Source: Octopus sinensis (lineage: Eukaryota). Taken from it: DNA of 64,000 nt. A model generated the notes under the pieces. It did no database searches. It was not told the DNA's origin and saw only the letters and a list, made by a program, of their open reading frames with translations. The stretch spans positions 85,374,001-85,438,000 of the forward strand of contig NC_043006.1 in the NCBI RefSeq assembly GCF_006345805.1. The letters run 5' to 3'. Positions 1 to 12,167 of this stretch are shown here, in pieces. Within the stretch, counting starts at the first letter, position 1. Each line of letters begins with the position of its first letter. The position numbers and the translations under genes were made by a program.

Positions 1-128
1 CTGTCGGGGAAGGCATGGTCTGCCATGGAATAAGTAAAAATTTATACAAGATATTCTAGTGTAAAAATTACCTGGCAATGACGAGCTATTCAGCTTGTAC
101 ATACATACAAGCACACATACATACACAC

Positions 129-172
<44 letters not shown>

Positions 173-187
173 TATATATATGTGACC

Positions 188-372
188 GCGTGTGTATCGT
201 TGGCGATTTTTTTCCTCTGTCTTCCCTTCCTTCGATCTTTCCTTTTCCTATGTTTCTGACGAAGAGCTCCGCTCAAAACGTTAAAATCCTCCTTCTTTCT
301 TTCTTTCCTGAGCGTCCAATAACACTATACTTGTTCCACATCCTCGCTTCATTGTGTTTTCATGTTTGGATT
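188..372 (+). mobile_element. Penelope-like element remnant with degenerate minimal hammerhead motif
   Basis: CTGACGA-A-GAGC-TCC-GCTC-AAAACG at 256-280 has the hammerhead core/stem II layout, with GAAA changed to AAAA; it is embedded between (TA)n tracts. Confidence 0.45.
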
Positions 373-492
373 AACTATATATATATATACACACACACAC
401 ATATATATACATACCCACTGTACTGACAGATATACGAGTGCATCTTTTCCCTGACATATGGTCTCTTAGACGACTCACGCACATATATATAT

Positions 493-778
493 ATTCTTTT
501 TTTTCTTTTACTTCTTCCAGCCATGCTGGAGCACCGCCTTTAGTTGTGTGAATTGACCCCCAGTACTTATCCTTTGTAACCTTAGTACTTACGTTATCGG
601 TGTATTTTGCCAAACAGCTAAGTTACAGGGGCGTAAACACACCAGCATCGGTTGCCAAGCGATTGGGGGGGGGGGGCAAACACACGCACACATATATATA
701 TATATATTCACGGCAGGCTTCTTTTAGTTTCCGTCCACCAAATCCACTCACCACGCTTTTGGTCAGCCTGAGGCTATT
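493..778 (-). mobile_element. Octopus-type tRNA-derived SINE family A, 5'-truncated
   Basis: Shares CCATGCTGGAGCACCGCC, GTAAACACACCAGCATCGG and CCAAATCCACTCAC blocks with the copies at 43.9, 48.1 and 61.6 kb. Confidence 0.8.
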
Positions 779-1434
779 TCTAATATATACTGTTCTACAT
801 CTTAGAGTGCGCTTCTTTCGGATTTATGTTTTTGACAAACGATATATATATATATATTCACTTTCTATTAATGATAAAGTAGACTTTCATAGTGACCATT
901 TTAATCATGACTCATTGATGCAACATCGATCCTGTGAAGCAAGTCTTCGATCTGTCTTAACTGAGTGTCTCATACATAATATCGTGGTTGCGTATGCTAT
1001 TCGTTCTAATCAAGAATCTAAAAACATTTTGCTACCACGTATATTAGCTTATAAACAATGCTCTGTATTCTGGAAAAGAAATTGTTTCCTCGAATTTATG
1101 TGGGATTGCCTTTGGTGTGGTTGAAATCATTTTCTATTATAATTCCATTTATATGGTAGATAGATTAATAAGAATATAAATTGATCCATTAATCGACCAG
1201 TGCCTTTTGTTATCGATCCGGAAGAATGGAGGACAAAGTTGCCCTCAGTTAGATTTGAACCAAGAATATAAAGAACTGTAACTATATACTACAAGACACT
1301 AATTTCTGATACTTCACTCATCCAACATAATAATAAAGCGAAAGTACATATTGTCATAATTTTATGTGTGTATATATACTTATATATACAGTATAATGAC
1401 GATTACGCGTATATAATATGTTGACAATCACGTG

Positions 1435-1542
<108 letters not shown>

Positions 1543-2999
1543 TTTATATGTGTGTATAAGAGTTATACACTGATGAAAAACCACTAAGTGGTTTTCCATC
1601 AGTGTATGACTCTTATACACATAATATAATAAATATTTGCAGTCTACGGACATTTTACTCACGCTGGCCACTAGTAATAAACAATTAACATTGAATTTTT
1701 ACCCTATAATTTAAAATATACATATATGTATATGATATTTAGTGAGCAACTGCAGAAGGAAAGCTGAGCTTGTCCGCGCCCGTTGTATTTCTTCTGTAAA
1801 TTCCTTTGCTGTGTCCCCCTGCCTCACATTTTTATTACACACCTATAAATACGCACACTGAAATTATCTAAGATTAAAACTTTCAAAAGTTATATCATTA
1901 TTTAAAAAACAAAAACAAACTATTTTCTTCTATGTCACACCCTTTTCCAACGGTCCTTAGTAAACAGTTACTTAAATATCTCATTTTAATATCACAACGC
2001 ACTGTCATATAAAAGCGGCTGAATTGAAATAATAAACATTTAAAAAAAAGCAAAACAAATTTAATAAAGCTTAGAATAGAAGTAAAAATACACTACGATA
2101 GAATGTTACAAATATTTATTCTTGAAATCTTATTCAAAAGATGATTTTGGAGATGGGGATAAATAGATATATATGACATAGGTTGTTTACTCCAAGTAGA
2201 GGGCGGGTGTCCTGAAATTTAAAATAACCTAGTGGTTCCCTAAATACCGAACCAGGTGGCTATTGCTCTCATAACAGCCATTACACATCTCATTAAGAAA
2301 GGCATTAACGCTACAATATCATAATTCTTCCACACAAATGTAGTCGAGAGCCTGCATTATAGAGAAGGTAATGCTTTGCATAGATTTTTCTTCTTTTTTT
2401 TTAATATTTCGTTAGATTTGTATTTTTAATGTTAATTTTTAAAGGAACAAGGTAATTTTAATTTTTCGATAATTTTTAAAAAATTAGTTATATTGTATAT
2501 TTTCATTCTGAAAGAATGTTTTTTTCAAATATAAATTCTATTCCACTAAATTCCGATTATCCTCTTCCACTAAAATCAAAATGAATCACGTGTTTTCTTT
2601 GCCATTGTATCTGACAGCGTTTCTAAAGCAGCAAATAATTAGTATATGAAAAACGAGAAACTATCCAACAAAATATTAAACACCTACTCGAAATTATTAA
2701 TTTGAATATTTAAAATAAACAAATACATATGTATGTGAAATATTCCCATCTAGTATTTTTTCCTTTTCGTTATTTAAAACAAACACAACCTTCAGATTCG
2801 CTGCGGAACTCTAACGTGTTAGCCGTAATCTGCATTAGTCTTAAACGAAGCTGATGATTAGTGCAGAACGTAATTTTTTTAAAAGCTTTATTTCAACTTT
2901 AAACTGGACTACATGTAAGAACTGCCATTCAAGTAATTTCTTTTGAGATCGCTTTATTTATCATAAGGTACTTTGTGTTCATTTGTTCTGTTTTTGTTT

Positions 3000-3760
3000 T
3001 TAAACCATTTTTTTGTTAACTTTTGTCCTGAAGCGACGAACGACCAGAAATAGATTTTAACATGGCCGAAAAAAAAAAAAAAAAAAAAAAAAAGAAGCCC
3101 GTTTACAACGGAATAGAATATGTTTGTGTGAAATACACTGTTTGAAACGTTAGATTTTTTTTTCTTTACATCATGGTGCACCTTTCTGTTATAAATACAT
3201 AATATATATATTTGAATTCATACCATCAGCCGCTAGTCTAGGCATCTCTCTCTCTCAGTGATTGTATCTTAATATGGCTGAAACCTATATACTTTCATAT
3301 TCATATATTATTTACTTTCAAAGGCAAACTTCGCTGGGTTTTCACGAAAGTATAACGAAAACAATGATATTCTTGAACTATATATATTCATTGAATTTCT
3401 TAGAAATTATTTTCGGTCTGAACTATGTAAATGGTTTACATAGAAGCTGTTCCTTGCTGGATATTTTATGTTAGATACAAATAATAGAGTAAAGAGGAGC
3501 TTGTAACGCCATTTTGCTTTCTCGATTCCGTTTTTACAAAGAATTTTAAATTAAAATAATAATCCACGTGTTTGTGATGGAAATAGAAGACTTTTTTTTC
3601 GTTTGTAGATCCTAACTGTATAATTAAATTATTTGATTTTTAATCACAAGCAAGTTAATATACTCCCCAACAGTTTAGGTAGGGTATAAATATTTCTTTG
3701 GTTATGACATTGGTATAAAAATTTGTGACATTTTTCCATCACCGTCGACTGTTAAGGTAT
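3000..3760. promoter_or_regulatory. Candidate (possibly bidirectional) promoter / first-exon region
   Basis: CpG-retaining, repeat-poor region with YY1-like motifs AACATGGCCG (3059-3068) and CGCCATTTTG (3507-3516), and a plausible + strand donor AAG|GTATAT at 3756/3757. Confidence 0.35.
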
Positions 3761-5178
3761 ATTTATTTTATGAAAAATACTTAATTTTCGGGTTAATTTT
3801 TTTTGTTTTCAATATTTAAAACGTTTTAAAGTAGTTGAGGTATTCATCTTGTTTGAAAAGATAAAAATTATTCATCTTAGCTTTTCTTTCTACTTCACAA
3901 TGTTTATTATCTTCGGTCAAGTAATTAAAAATTCGTTGCTGAAAAAAATGATGTTTGATCACTCATTCATACTTTAGTAAAAAAAGATCTTTTAATGAAA
4001 CTAATTACGGCAAATCATCCTATGGCGGAGTATATCTGATTTAAAATGGGCTTCCTTTATTATATAAATGCCATCCATAAAATTCTCATTATATCTCCTT
4101 AAAACTATACTATAATAGAGTATGTATAAATATACACGTTTGGATAAATTTAAAATGAATCCTTTCGGTCAGTTGTTAATGCTTGCTTCCTTTATTATTT
4201 AATGTATCGAATTAGGATTAATAGACTAAACATTACAACAAATGCTGGCGAGTTTGGCTTAAAGATTTCCCAAATACATGCGTGACGGTATTAAAAAATC
4301 ATTTCCAGGAACGAGATTGCAATAATCAAATCTTTCCTCATGGGTTTATATAAAACATATTAAACCTTGTGTTTGGTCTAAATTTATTTTCCCTGTATGA
4401 TCATGTTCGGACTTCTGTTCGTAATATTTTCCTCTTTTTTATGTTCTAAAAATGGTGGGTTTCATTTTGTTTGTTTTTTTCCCCTCTTTTAATGGCGCTT
4501 TGTAATATGGTAATCGACAATATATGTATATACATATCTGTATGCAATAATAAATCTCTGAACGAGGTATAAACGGTATGTTTTCATAGAATTAATTAAA
4601 CACATTGCAGAGATATTTTTTAAACAAGTTACAAATAATCATCTAATCTCTTTTTCATATCCAAAATTATTTTAACTTTAGTATTCTGCCTACTAAAAGA
4701 ATTAGACAATATTCTCCATTAGTATTGAAATAACTATATCTCTCAAAAAGTTATTGACCTGTTTATTTTGTTGCTTGGTACTAACTTGCAGTGTGGCTGG
4801 GTGGGGGCTGCTTAATTTTTTATTTTATTTTTTTGTCTATATGAATTCTCATACTAAGTTCATTCACCTCGCTGCGCTCTATTCGAGGGAGAGAGAGAGT
4901 GGGATTGGTATATTCTGTTTTGGTTCGTGCTACTACCTTCAGTTTAGCAACGCTAAAGCATACTTCTTGAAGATGGTTTGTAGACATGTAATAATTGTCA
5001 AAATAAAAAAATATATTTTTTGACAGTTAATATCTTCCAGTTGAATTCGATTATATATACAATATTTTTCTGCATCGACACAAACCTGCCTGTGTAACCT
5101 TCTTGGTGCAGATTGTGAAATAAATATTGTTTATGTATAATTATTCTATTTATGTGTTAAAATAATTTTGTCTTAAAG

Positions 5179-5631
5179 GATACAACACCCGTCATAGTGG
5201 ATTTGATCACTTTGAAGGCGAACTTCAAACAGTCACGTGATTTGTGGTTCTTTACAACTTTGTGTATCCTTACATCAGATTAGCCATTGCCTTTTCAGTG
5301 GAATTCGGCTGACGGGGATACATGTTCTCTTGAGAACATTGTAAAACCGGTACCATTGCTTGTGCCCCATAAATAATCAGTTTGACAAATTGCAGCCGAT
5401 AAAATCCATTCAAGACTAGCATGAAGTAACTGAAGTCCGTATAATTGAGTAAACCCTTGAATACAGCGCCTTCCATCACTAACAAATATACAGGATGATT
5501 ATAACTGGAAAACCAGTGTTTTGTGCTTCCTGGTCCGCTTGAGATCAGTTACAAAGAAATCTATTGATGTACTTAGCAAGAAAAGTTTTAAAATATAGAT
5601 AACCCTTGCTTTTTATAAATCATATTTGACT
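5179..5631 (+). other. Candidate non-coding (5'UTR) exon
   Basis: Higher-GC unique block that starts after TTTTGTCTTAAAG| and has a possible donor GTAAGC at 5632; no long + strand ORF. Confidence 0.25.
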
Positions 5632-7584
5632 GTAAGCAAGTTATGACTAACAGGTTTTTAAAAATGTTCAATCAAGCATTAGTTTAGCTTTTCTGAATCC
5701 CTAAATATTTTAAATAAGCGAAGTCGCAGGTTTAAGAATCACAATTCTACGCGTTCGTTCGACGTACTGCTGCTTTCAAAAGAAAAGAAAAAGGTGGGAG
5801 GCTTCTTTCCTCATAACTCAACTTAATGAAGATTGATTCAGGCTTAAACTACTACTTTTCCAACCTACGAGGAATTTCCTCTACGTTAGTCATTCTCAAC
5901 TCCTTTGATCCTTCAGTCCCCCCCTCTCTCTCCCACAAGATATACGCTGTCTATGCGTTATCGTGTTATCGCTAGTCACTAATGCAACTAATTATATTAA
6001 ATATCAGCTTGTTTACACTTATAAACCACCTATCTTGCTAACACTATTATTTCGATCGTTGGTGATAGTAAAACGTAAGAAGCAGTTTTTAAATTGCTCT
6101 TTACACAATATGTGGTCAAATTTATATTTAAGGAAGCCAGGTACCAAATTTTACTAATTCCATGAATCTTTTTATCTCGATAAATAACTTAGTTTGACTT
6201 GTATAAAAAATGTTTTCTAATATGAGGTAGCTATACAAATATATATTTCATAAATAGAATTATAAGCTTTCACTATATATCGACTGTAGAAATGATCTGA
6301 TGTTAGGACATATAAACTCCATAGCTTTGGAACCGAATACTCACCTTATTTTCCTTTATGGGAGTTTATATATCCTCATATTAAACAATTTAGTCAATAT
6401 TAGGTGAAAGTTTATTCTATTCACAAAATTTTCACTCGCCACCGTTTCCTAATTCATACAAAATTCGAACGCATATATAATTTAATTCTTGTATAAAAAT
6501 TATTTTTGATCATTTAGACGTATAATTGTTTTCTTAAAATCTGTAATTAGAACTCGCCATTCTGAGACTTTTTTTGGTCATAATTTCTTGTATACGTTTA
6601 TTTGAGAGAAAATGTTCCTTGGAATTGTAAAACAGGTCGTGTCGAGTCTAGGGCCCGTGAACAGTGGTGTCATTTTGTTTCTACCCTGGTTACAAATGTA
6701 GTAAAATATCTTTACTTATCTCAACAATATTAAATAGCTTCACAGTAACTAAATTTGATTAAAACGTGAACTTAAATGTTGCTTTTTATCACTTCCCTAT
6801 TTCAGTGTCTTTTTTGGAAAGTTTAATTCCAATCTGTCTCCCTCATCTTAGCAATCAATTATCCTACGGTATACTCTTCGCTAAAATTGCATTCATATAT
6901 ATACATGTATATATATATTCTTTTGAACGCCTGGAACAATAAATAAATCTACACAAACATTGTTATATTTATAATCCTAGCCTTCTTCATTTTTGCAAGA
7001 AAATATTCTGATTGCGGTGAAGATGGTCTTCTGTATACTTGGTCCATTACATTGTCCCCCGCATACTATTTGACTAACATTGATGAAATGGCCGCCAACT
7101 GTGATCTCAGAATTCAGTATCCCTAATTTACGAGTATTATTTGCACGTTCTGGTTAAGAAAGCAACAGTTATATGTCCTAATTCTACTTAGGGGCCCATT
7201 TCAGTTCCCATGGGTTCTAAATGCCTTTAATCCTGAAAATACTAAACCCCTTGACTTAGACACCTTAAACGAAACGTTATTAGGGGAGACAATAAACACA
7301 AAAATTTGTAACCTTTATCTTGACAATCCTGGGGCAGTAACATACCGTTTTCACTTTGGCAAACAATCTACTTATAAAATGAGTTGGCATCATAGGCAAT
7401 TAGTTACTGTTTAAATATATGGAAATTCCAGTCGTTTTAGTTAGATACTTTCACGATGCCTGCTTCGAGGAAAACCGAATATTTGCCGCCCAGGGATTTT
7501 CCACTGGTATCCATTAGTGATAATAATTCTTTTCGAAATTGTAGGGGAAGGGACTAGTAGATTACAAAGAATCCCGTGCTCGTG

Positions 7585-7870
7585 TCATTAAACTCGAAAG
7601 GATGAAAGACAAATTCGACCTCGGCGGAATTTGAACTCAGAACGTAGAGACAGGCGGACGAAATACCTATTTCTTTACTGCCCACAAGGGGCTAAACACA
7701 GAGAGGACAAACAAGGACAGACAAACGGATTAAGTCGATTATATCGACCTCAGTGCGTAACTGGTACTTATTTGATCGATCCTGAAAGGATGAAATGCAA
7801 AGTCGACCTCGGCGGAATTTGAACTCAGAACGTAGCGGCAAACGAAATACCACTAAGTATTTCGTCCGGA
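7585..7870 (-). mobile_element. Two tandem/nested copies of SINE family B (tRNA head, Meta-domain-like core)
   Basis: GAAAGGATGAAA...TCGACCTCGGCGGAATTTGAACTCAGAACGTAG occurs twice (~7596-7660 and ~7785-7850); the minus strand carries box B GAGTTCAAATTCC and a core of the GCCTTTCATCCTTTCGGGGTCGATAAA type. Confidence 0.85.
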
Positions 7871-8531
7871 AAATAATGTTCGTGTATGGTAAGAATTTTG
7901 GCCAGTGCTCATTATGAGTGATTTTATTATGCAGATCGAAGTAGTATTTTGTATGATGGAATAATAAATCTAAAATAAGTTGGAGTTATGAATATAGTAA
8001 AAATGAAAACTAATAAATGATGCGAACGTGAAAACAATAGGCAATACCCAGAATCATGCGTTGGCTGAAGTCTTTTGATTTACTCTGGTTGGAGAGATTT
8101 GTCTATCAGAGGACCATCTACGTGTCCCCAGAATTCCTGTATGCTGATAACCGTCATGTGTGTCTGATCCTCTTTTTCGGAATAGCGTTTCACGAACGCC
8201 CGTGTGTGTGTACATGTACGCACATATTAATCAAGCTAATTTCTCGCGGTGATTTTTATCCCTATTTTCTTATGTTCTCATCTATCACGACCCCTTGCGT
8301 AGCATCCTCAACGTTAAAATTTTTTTAATGGAAATTACTGAAGAATGTTACGATTTCGATAACGAAAATCTAGAGGTCGCTACATCCTAGATTTCGGAAC
8401 CAAATATTAGGTTGAAATTCACAACCAATGCACGTTTCAGAACTGCTGACCAAAAACTTGAAATAATTATATCCTTAAACAGTGAGAAAAATAATAACTG
8501 CTGTCCTGAAAATGGAAATCAAGAAGAACTG

Positions 8532-9066
8532 TTTCGATTTGACTCGTAAAAAAGCAAAACATTGCAATCGGCTCTTTCCGTGAAAAGCACATCGTCTTTG
8601 TCAGTTGACGAAGAAAGCTAATGGGTTGTACGTGCTTGTTCTTTGTGTGTGTCCCTGTTTTGTTTTTTTGTATTTATGTGTTGTGGAATATAGACATAAC
8701 GAAATTATGCCAGCAATGTCGTATTTTAAACTTGAAGAAAAAAAAGCCTTGCATATTTGTTCTTACCTGTTTCATGTGTGTATGTAAAATCCGTAAATTT
8801 CCAAACAGAAAACGAGAACGATGTATCATTTATAGTGGTCCATATGGGGTTTTTTTTAACCACTAGAGAGCAGAAATATTGCAACATGTACACACACAAA
8901 GAACAAGCACATACAGACAGACGAAGAAGCACACGCATACACAGAGACAGAGGAGCACGCACGCGCAACCCATTAGCTTTCTTCTATTTCGTCAACTGAC
9001 AAGACAACGTGCTTTTCACGGAAAGAGCCGATTGCAATGTTTTGGTTTTTCCTAGTCAAATCGAAA
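8532..9066. repeat. Long inverted repeat (arms 8532-8652 and 8890-9066), MITE/foldback-like
   Basis: CAAAACATTGCAATCGGCTCTTTCCGTGAAAAGCAC...GTCAGTTGACGAAGAAAGCTAATGGGTTG is present as its reverse complement at 8967-9045; the right arm carries a ~55-bp insertion. Confidence 0.9.
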
Positions 9067-11132
9067 GAATACCATATATATATAAATGTGTGTGTATGTA
9101 TATATTACTATCGTTAGATCAGTTTTTTTTTTGTAAGTCTCAGTTACGCAAGCTAGTTTGTAATACGTTAATAATGAAGCAAAATTCTATCATCATCATG
9201 AATGTAAAAAGAATCAACTCAAAGTTGCACCCGACATTCCTTGACAAACAAACACGTTAACCAAAGAGCATTGGCGTTTGGCAATTTTGGAATATAGCGT
9301 GCCGAATTATTTACGAAAGTGAGGCAAGTGTAGTAGTAGTAGTAGGCTTTTTTTCTCTTCTCCAGATTTAGTTTCCTTTCTGTTTCACAAGCAAAAATAA
9401 CATGTGCAATAAAGAAAAAATGACACCAGTCAACTGTCTCAATAAGTAGCTTTTGCAGGAATGGGATGCGTTTTCTAAATAAGACAGTTTTACACACGAA
9501 CTATATGTATCCGTGCTATGGCCGCGTTTAATTTCAATTATCTTGAAGCACTTTCATATTTTATGAACAAGGCGACCTTTCGTAGAGTTGGTTGGATACA
9601 AAATCTGACCACTGGTAACCTATAATCATGCGAAGCATTCTGGTACACAAGACATTCAAGTGGCTCCTAAGGGCCCATACGACAAGGGGGGGGTCAGAGA
9701 CCTAAACTTTTGTCCGCTCGAGTATTGGCAGTACTAAACACACTTGTCCAATAAGTCTACAGCTACACCAGTTCAGAGACGAAAGGAGGGTACCTAATAC
9801 TTTAATTAGTGGATATATATACTTACAAATCTTTCCTAGACCCCCACCCCTCGTATTTCTGAGGTCTTTTGAAGTTGAAACATTTTTTAATGGAAAATGT
9901 AGCTGCTTTTAATGTACACAGTTGCTCGCTCTTCTATCAGATGCACTTGATATTTTAATTTCTTTGCAAAAATTGTGATCTGCTATTGTATGGTAATCTT
10001 CTATGAATGAATTCATTACAATATCCTGCTAGTTTTATTCACATCCTATCTCTGTTGTGTGGACGTGAGAGGTTTTTTTAGAAAAAAATAATTTTTCTGT
10101 GATCTCTCACCCATTAATAAGGAACAGGCTTATTGCTAGTGGATAAGTCTAAAAATTTTGCAAAAATCGGGGCATGTGTTCGTTTAAGCCTGGGTTTTTT
10201 AATAATTCTTTCTGCAAACATTTTATCATTCCCTTCTTTAACAGATGGGTCTTCGGATTTGTATTGCTTTGAACATCAAATATTCAGAATTTGTTTAAAA
10301 CAAACATTTAAATCAAGAGGTTGAAGGATTTACAACTTTTTTTTATGCGTGTGTGTGTGTGTGTGTTTATGAATATAAAAAAGTAGTTAAATTTTACTTT
10401 CGTTTTGCATTTGAAGTATAAATATATTTTGTTTGTATTTGTAAATACATTTTCATCTTAAATAAATTTTGAAAATAACCGCTATTACAAGATATTTTGT
10501 TCATTATCCATGATTATTATATATAAATGGATTGAGATTCCTTATTGTTTTTGTTTTTAAAAGAAAAAAGAATTTTTTTGCAGATTCTGAATCTAACGTT
10601 CAAAACAAACAAAATCCGAAGACAGTTTTTTAAAAAAGTATTTTTAAAGAGGTGTTTTTAAAACCACATAAAATGCCAAACATGTACCCAAACTGATTGG
10701 ACGATAACTGAATTCAGTCATTCATAATAGATTTCATTACATTAAATGTTAATAGGCAACAACAATTAACGAATAAGAGATAAAATTGCTTTACTTCGAA
10801 ACAAATTCACTTTCTCGAGGGATGACTGTGAACAAATGCTTGTTGTTCCCCATATAGGATATCCTCCTACTGGGTTGTTTTGGTAATTTTCTCTTATAAC
10901 AAGCCACTTTACCATTGCATAATGAAGTTGCAAAAGTTGTTTCTCTTCATCTTGGATACAGACAGCTAATCTGTCCTGGGGTAATTTGGGTGCAGTTAAA
11001 AATTATTGTTTAAGATCAAGCTGCCATTAGAAACACAGTGTGAAGTAAGTATAGGAGCAATTCATGTGACAAAGACAAATTATTCATGCATGGAACTGCA
11101 AGCCCTTTAGCGAACTATTATTAATCAAACCA

Positions 11133-11349
11133 TAAACCCATTAGCATTCAGATTACTCTGTCAAATTTAATGTTTATTTTGTTTTGAATTAATCGTGCAT
11201 TACCACATAGCTTTGACATTTCAATAATATGGCTATTTTTTAGAATGATATTGTAGGGTTGGTGTGAGAAACTAGATCTAGCCATTTAGAGCATAAAGCC
11301 GATAGAATATTTGAGCTGGGTATGGCCTGTTTAACTGCTAAAGGGTTAA
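11133..11349. mobile_element. piggyBac-type MITE (TTAA-CCCTTTAGCA...TGCTAAAGGG-TTAA)
   Basis: Short TIRs CCC(T/A)TTAGCA / TGCTAAAGGG with TTAA-like flanks; the same family occurs at 11395-11586, ~12940-13130, ~15643-15790, ~16085-16283, ~47733-47868 and ~52746-52955. Confidence 0.75.
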
Positions 11350-11394
11350 TGAGTGACAATTGTATACAAGATCAACACTGTCACACTGGACTTT

Positions 11395-11586
11395 TTGACC
11401 CTTTAGCATTTAAACCGGCCACATCTGGCTCAAATATCCTTCGTTTTATGTTCAACCTGGCCAGATTCAGCCTATCACATCTAACCTACATTGTTAGTCT
11501 AAAACTAAACAATTGCAAAATAAATTCAAAATAATGTGAACAAATTAGTTACATTTGATAGAATGATCTGAATGCTAAAGGGTTGA
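11395..11586. mobile_element. piggyBac-type MITE, opposite orientation to the adjacent copy
   Basis: TTGACCCTTTAGCATTTAAACCGGCC...ATCTGAATGCTAAAGGGTTGA. Confidence 0.75.
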
Positions 11587-12080
11587 AGTGTCTAGAAGAC
11601 ACTACACTCTTTATTTTGTTTCTTAATGGTTCTATTTTGTAGGTAAATCACTTGCCTTAAACAAGGTAAACACTTGAGTTATGAAGAAGCATCTAAAATT
11701 CTAAATGATGATACAATTCTTAATTGAACCCAAAATATCTATTCTGACAACCAAGCTGGTCCGCACCACAATATTAGAATTTTTCAGCAATGACCAAAAA
11801 GACTGCTTCCAGCTTGTTTGACAAAATGATTAAATGCTTTTCTAAGTTCCAAACTGGTATTGCCTTAGAAAAATCAAACCTATGTAGAGTAATTTAATTT
11901 TGAACCACCTATTTTCCATGGCTTCTGCATTCTTTGCCAGAATGTTTTAGTCAAATGTGTGTATTTATCAAAGCCCATCCATATACCACTTATTAGGGAC
12001 CACTGAGGTCCCAGGAACAATCTGTTATTTGTATCCATGTTTCTGCACTAATCGTTGAACCCTTTTTCATGCTGATATAT

Positions 12081-12155
<75 letters not shown>

Positions 12156-12167
12156 TATTATATATGG

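Noticed and set aside
600-1124. 174-aa + strand ORF
   Set aside because: Starts inside an antisense SINE and runs through (TA)n tracts; no domain similarity.
5270-5485. 71-aa minus-strand ORF (a second minus frame is also open over much of it)
   Set aside because: No recognisable domain or convincing splice context; treated as UTR/unique sequence, though a small protein cannot be excluded.
10245-10319. TTCCCTTCTTTAACAG|ATG possible exon
   Set aside because: The ATG frame stops after 17 codons and the donor (GTTGAA) is poor.
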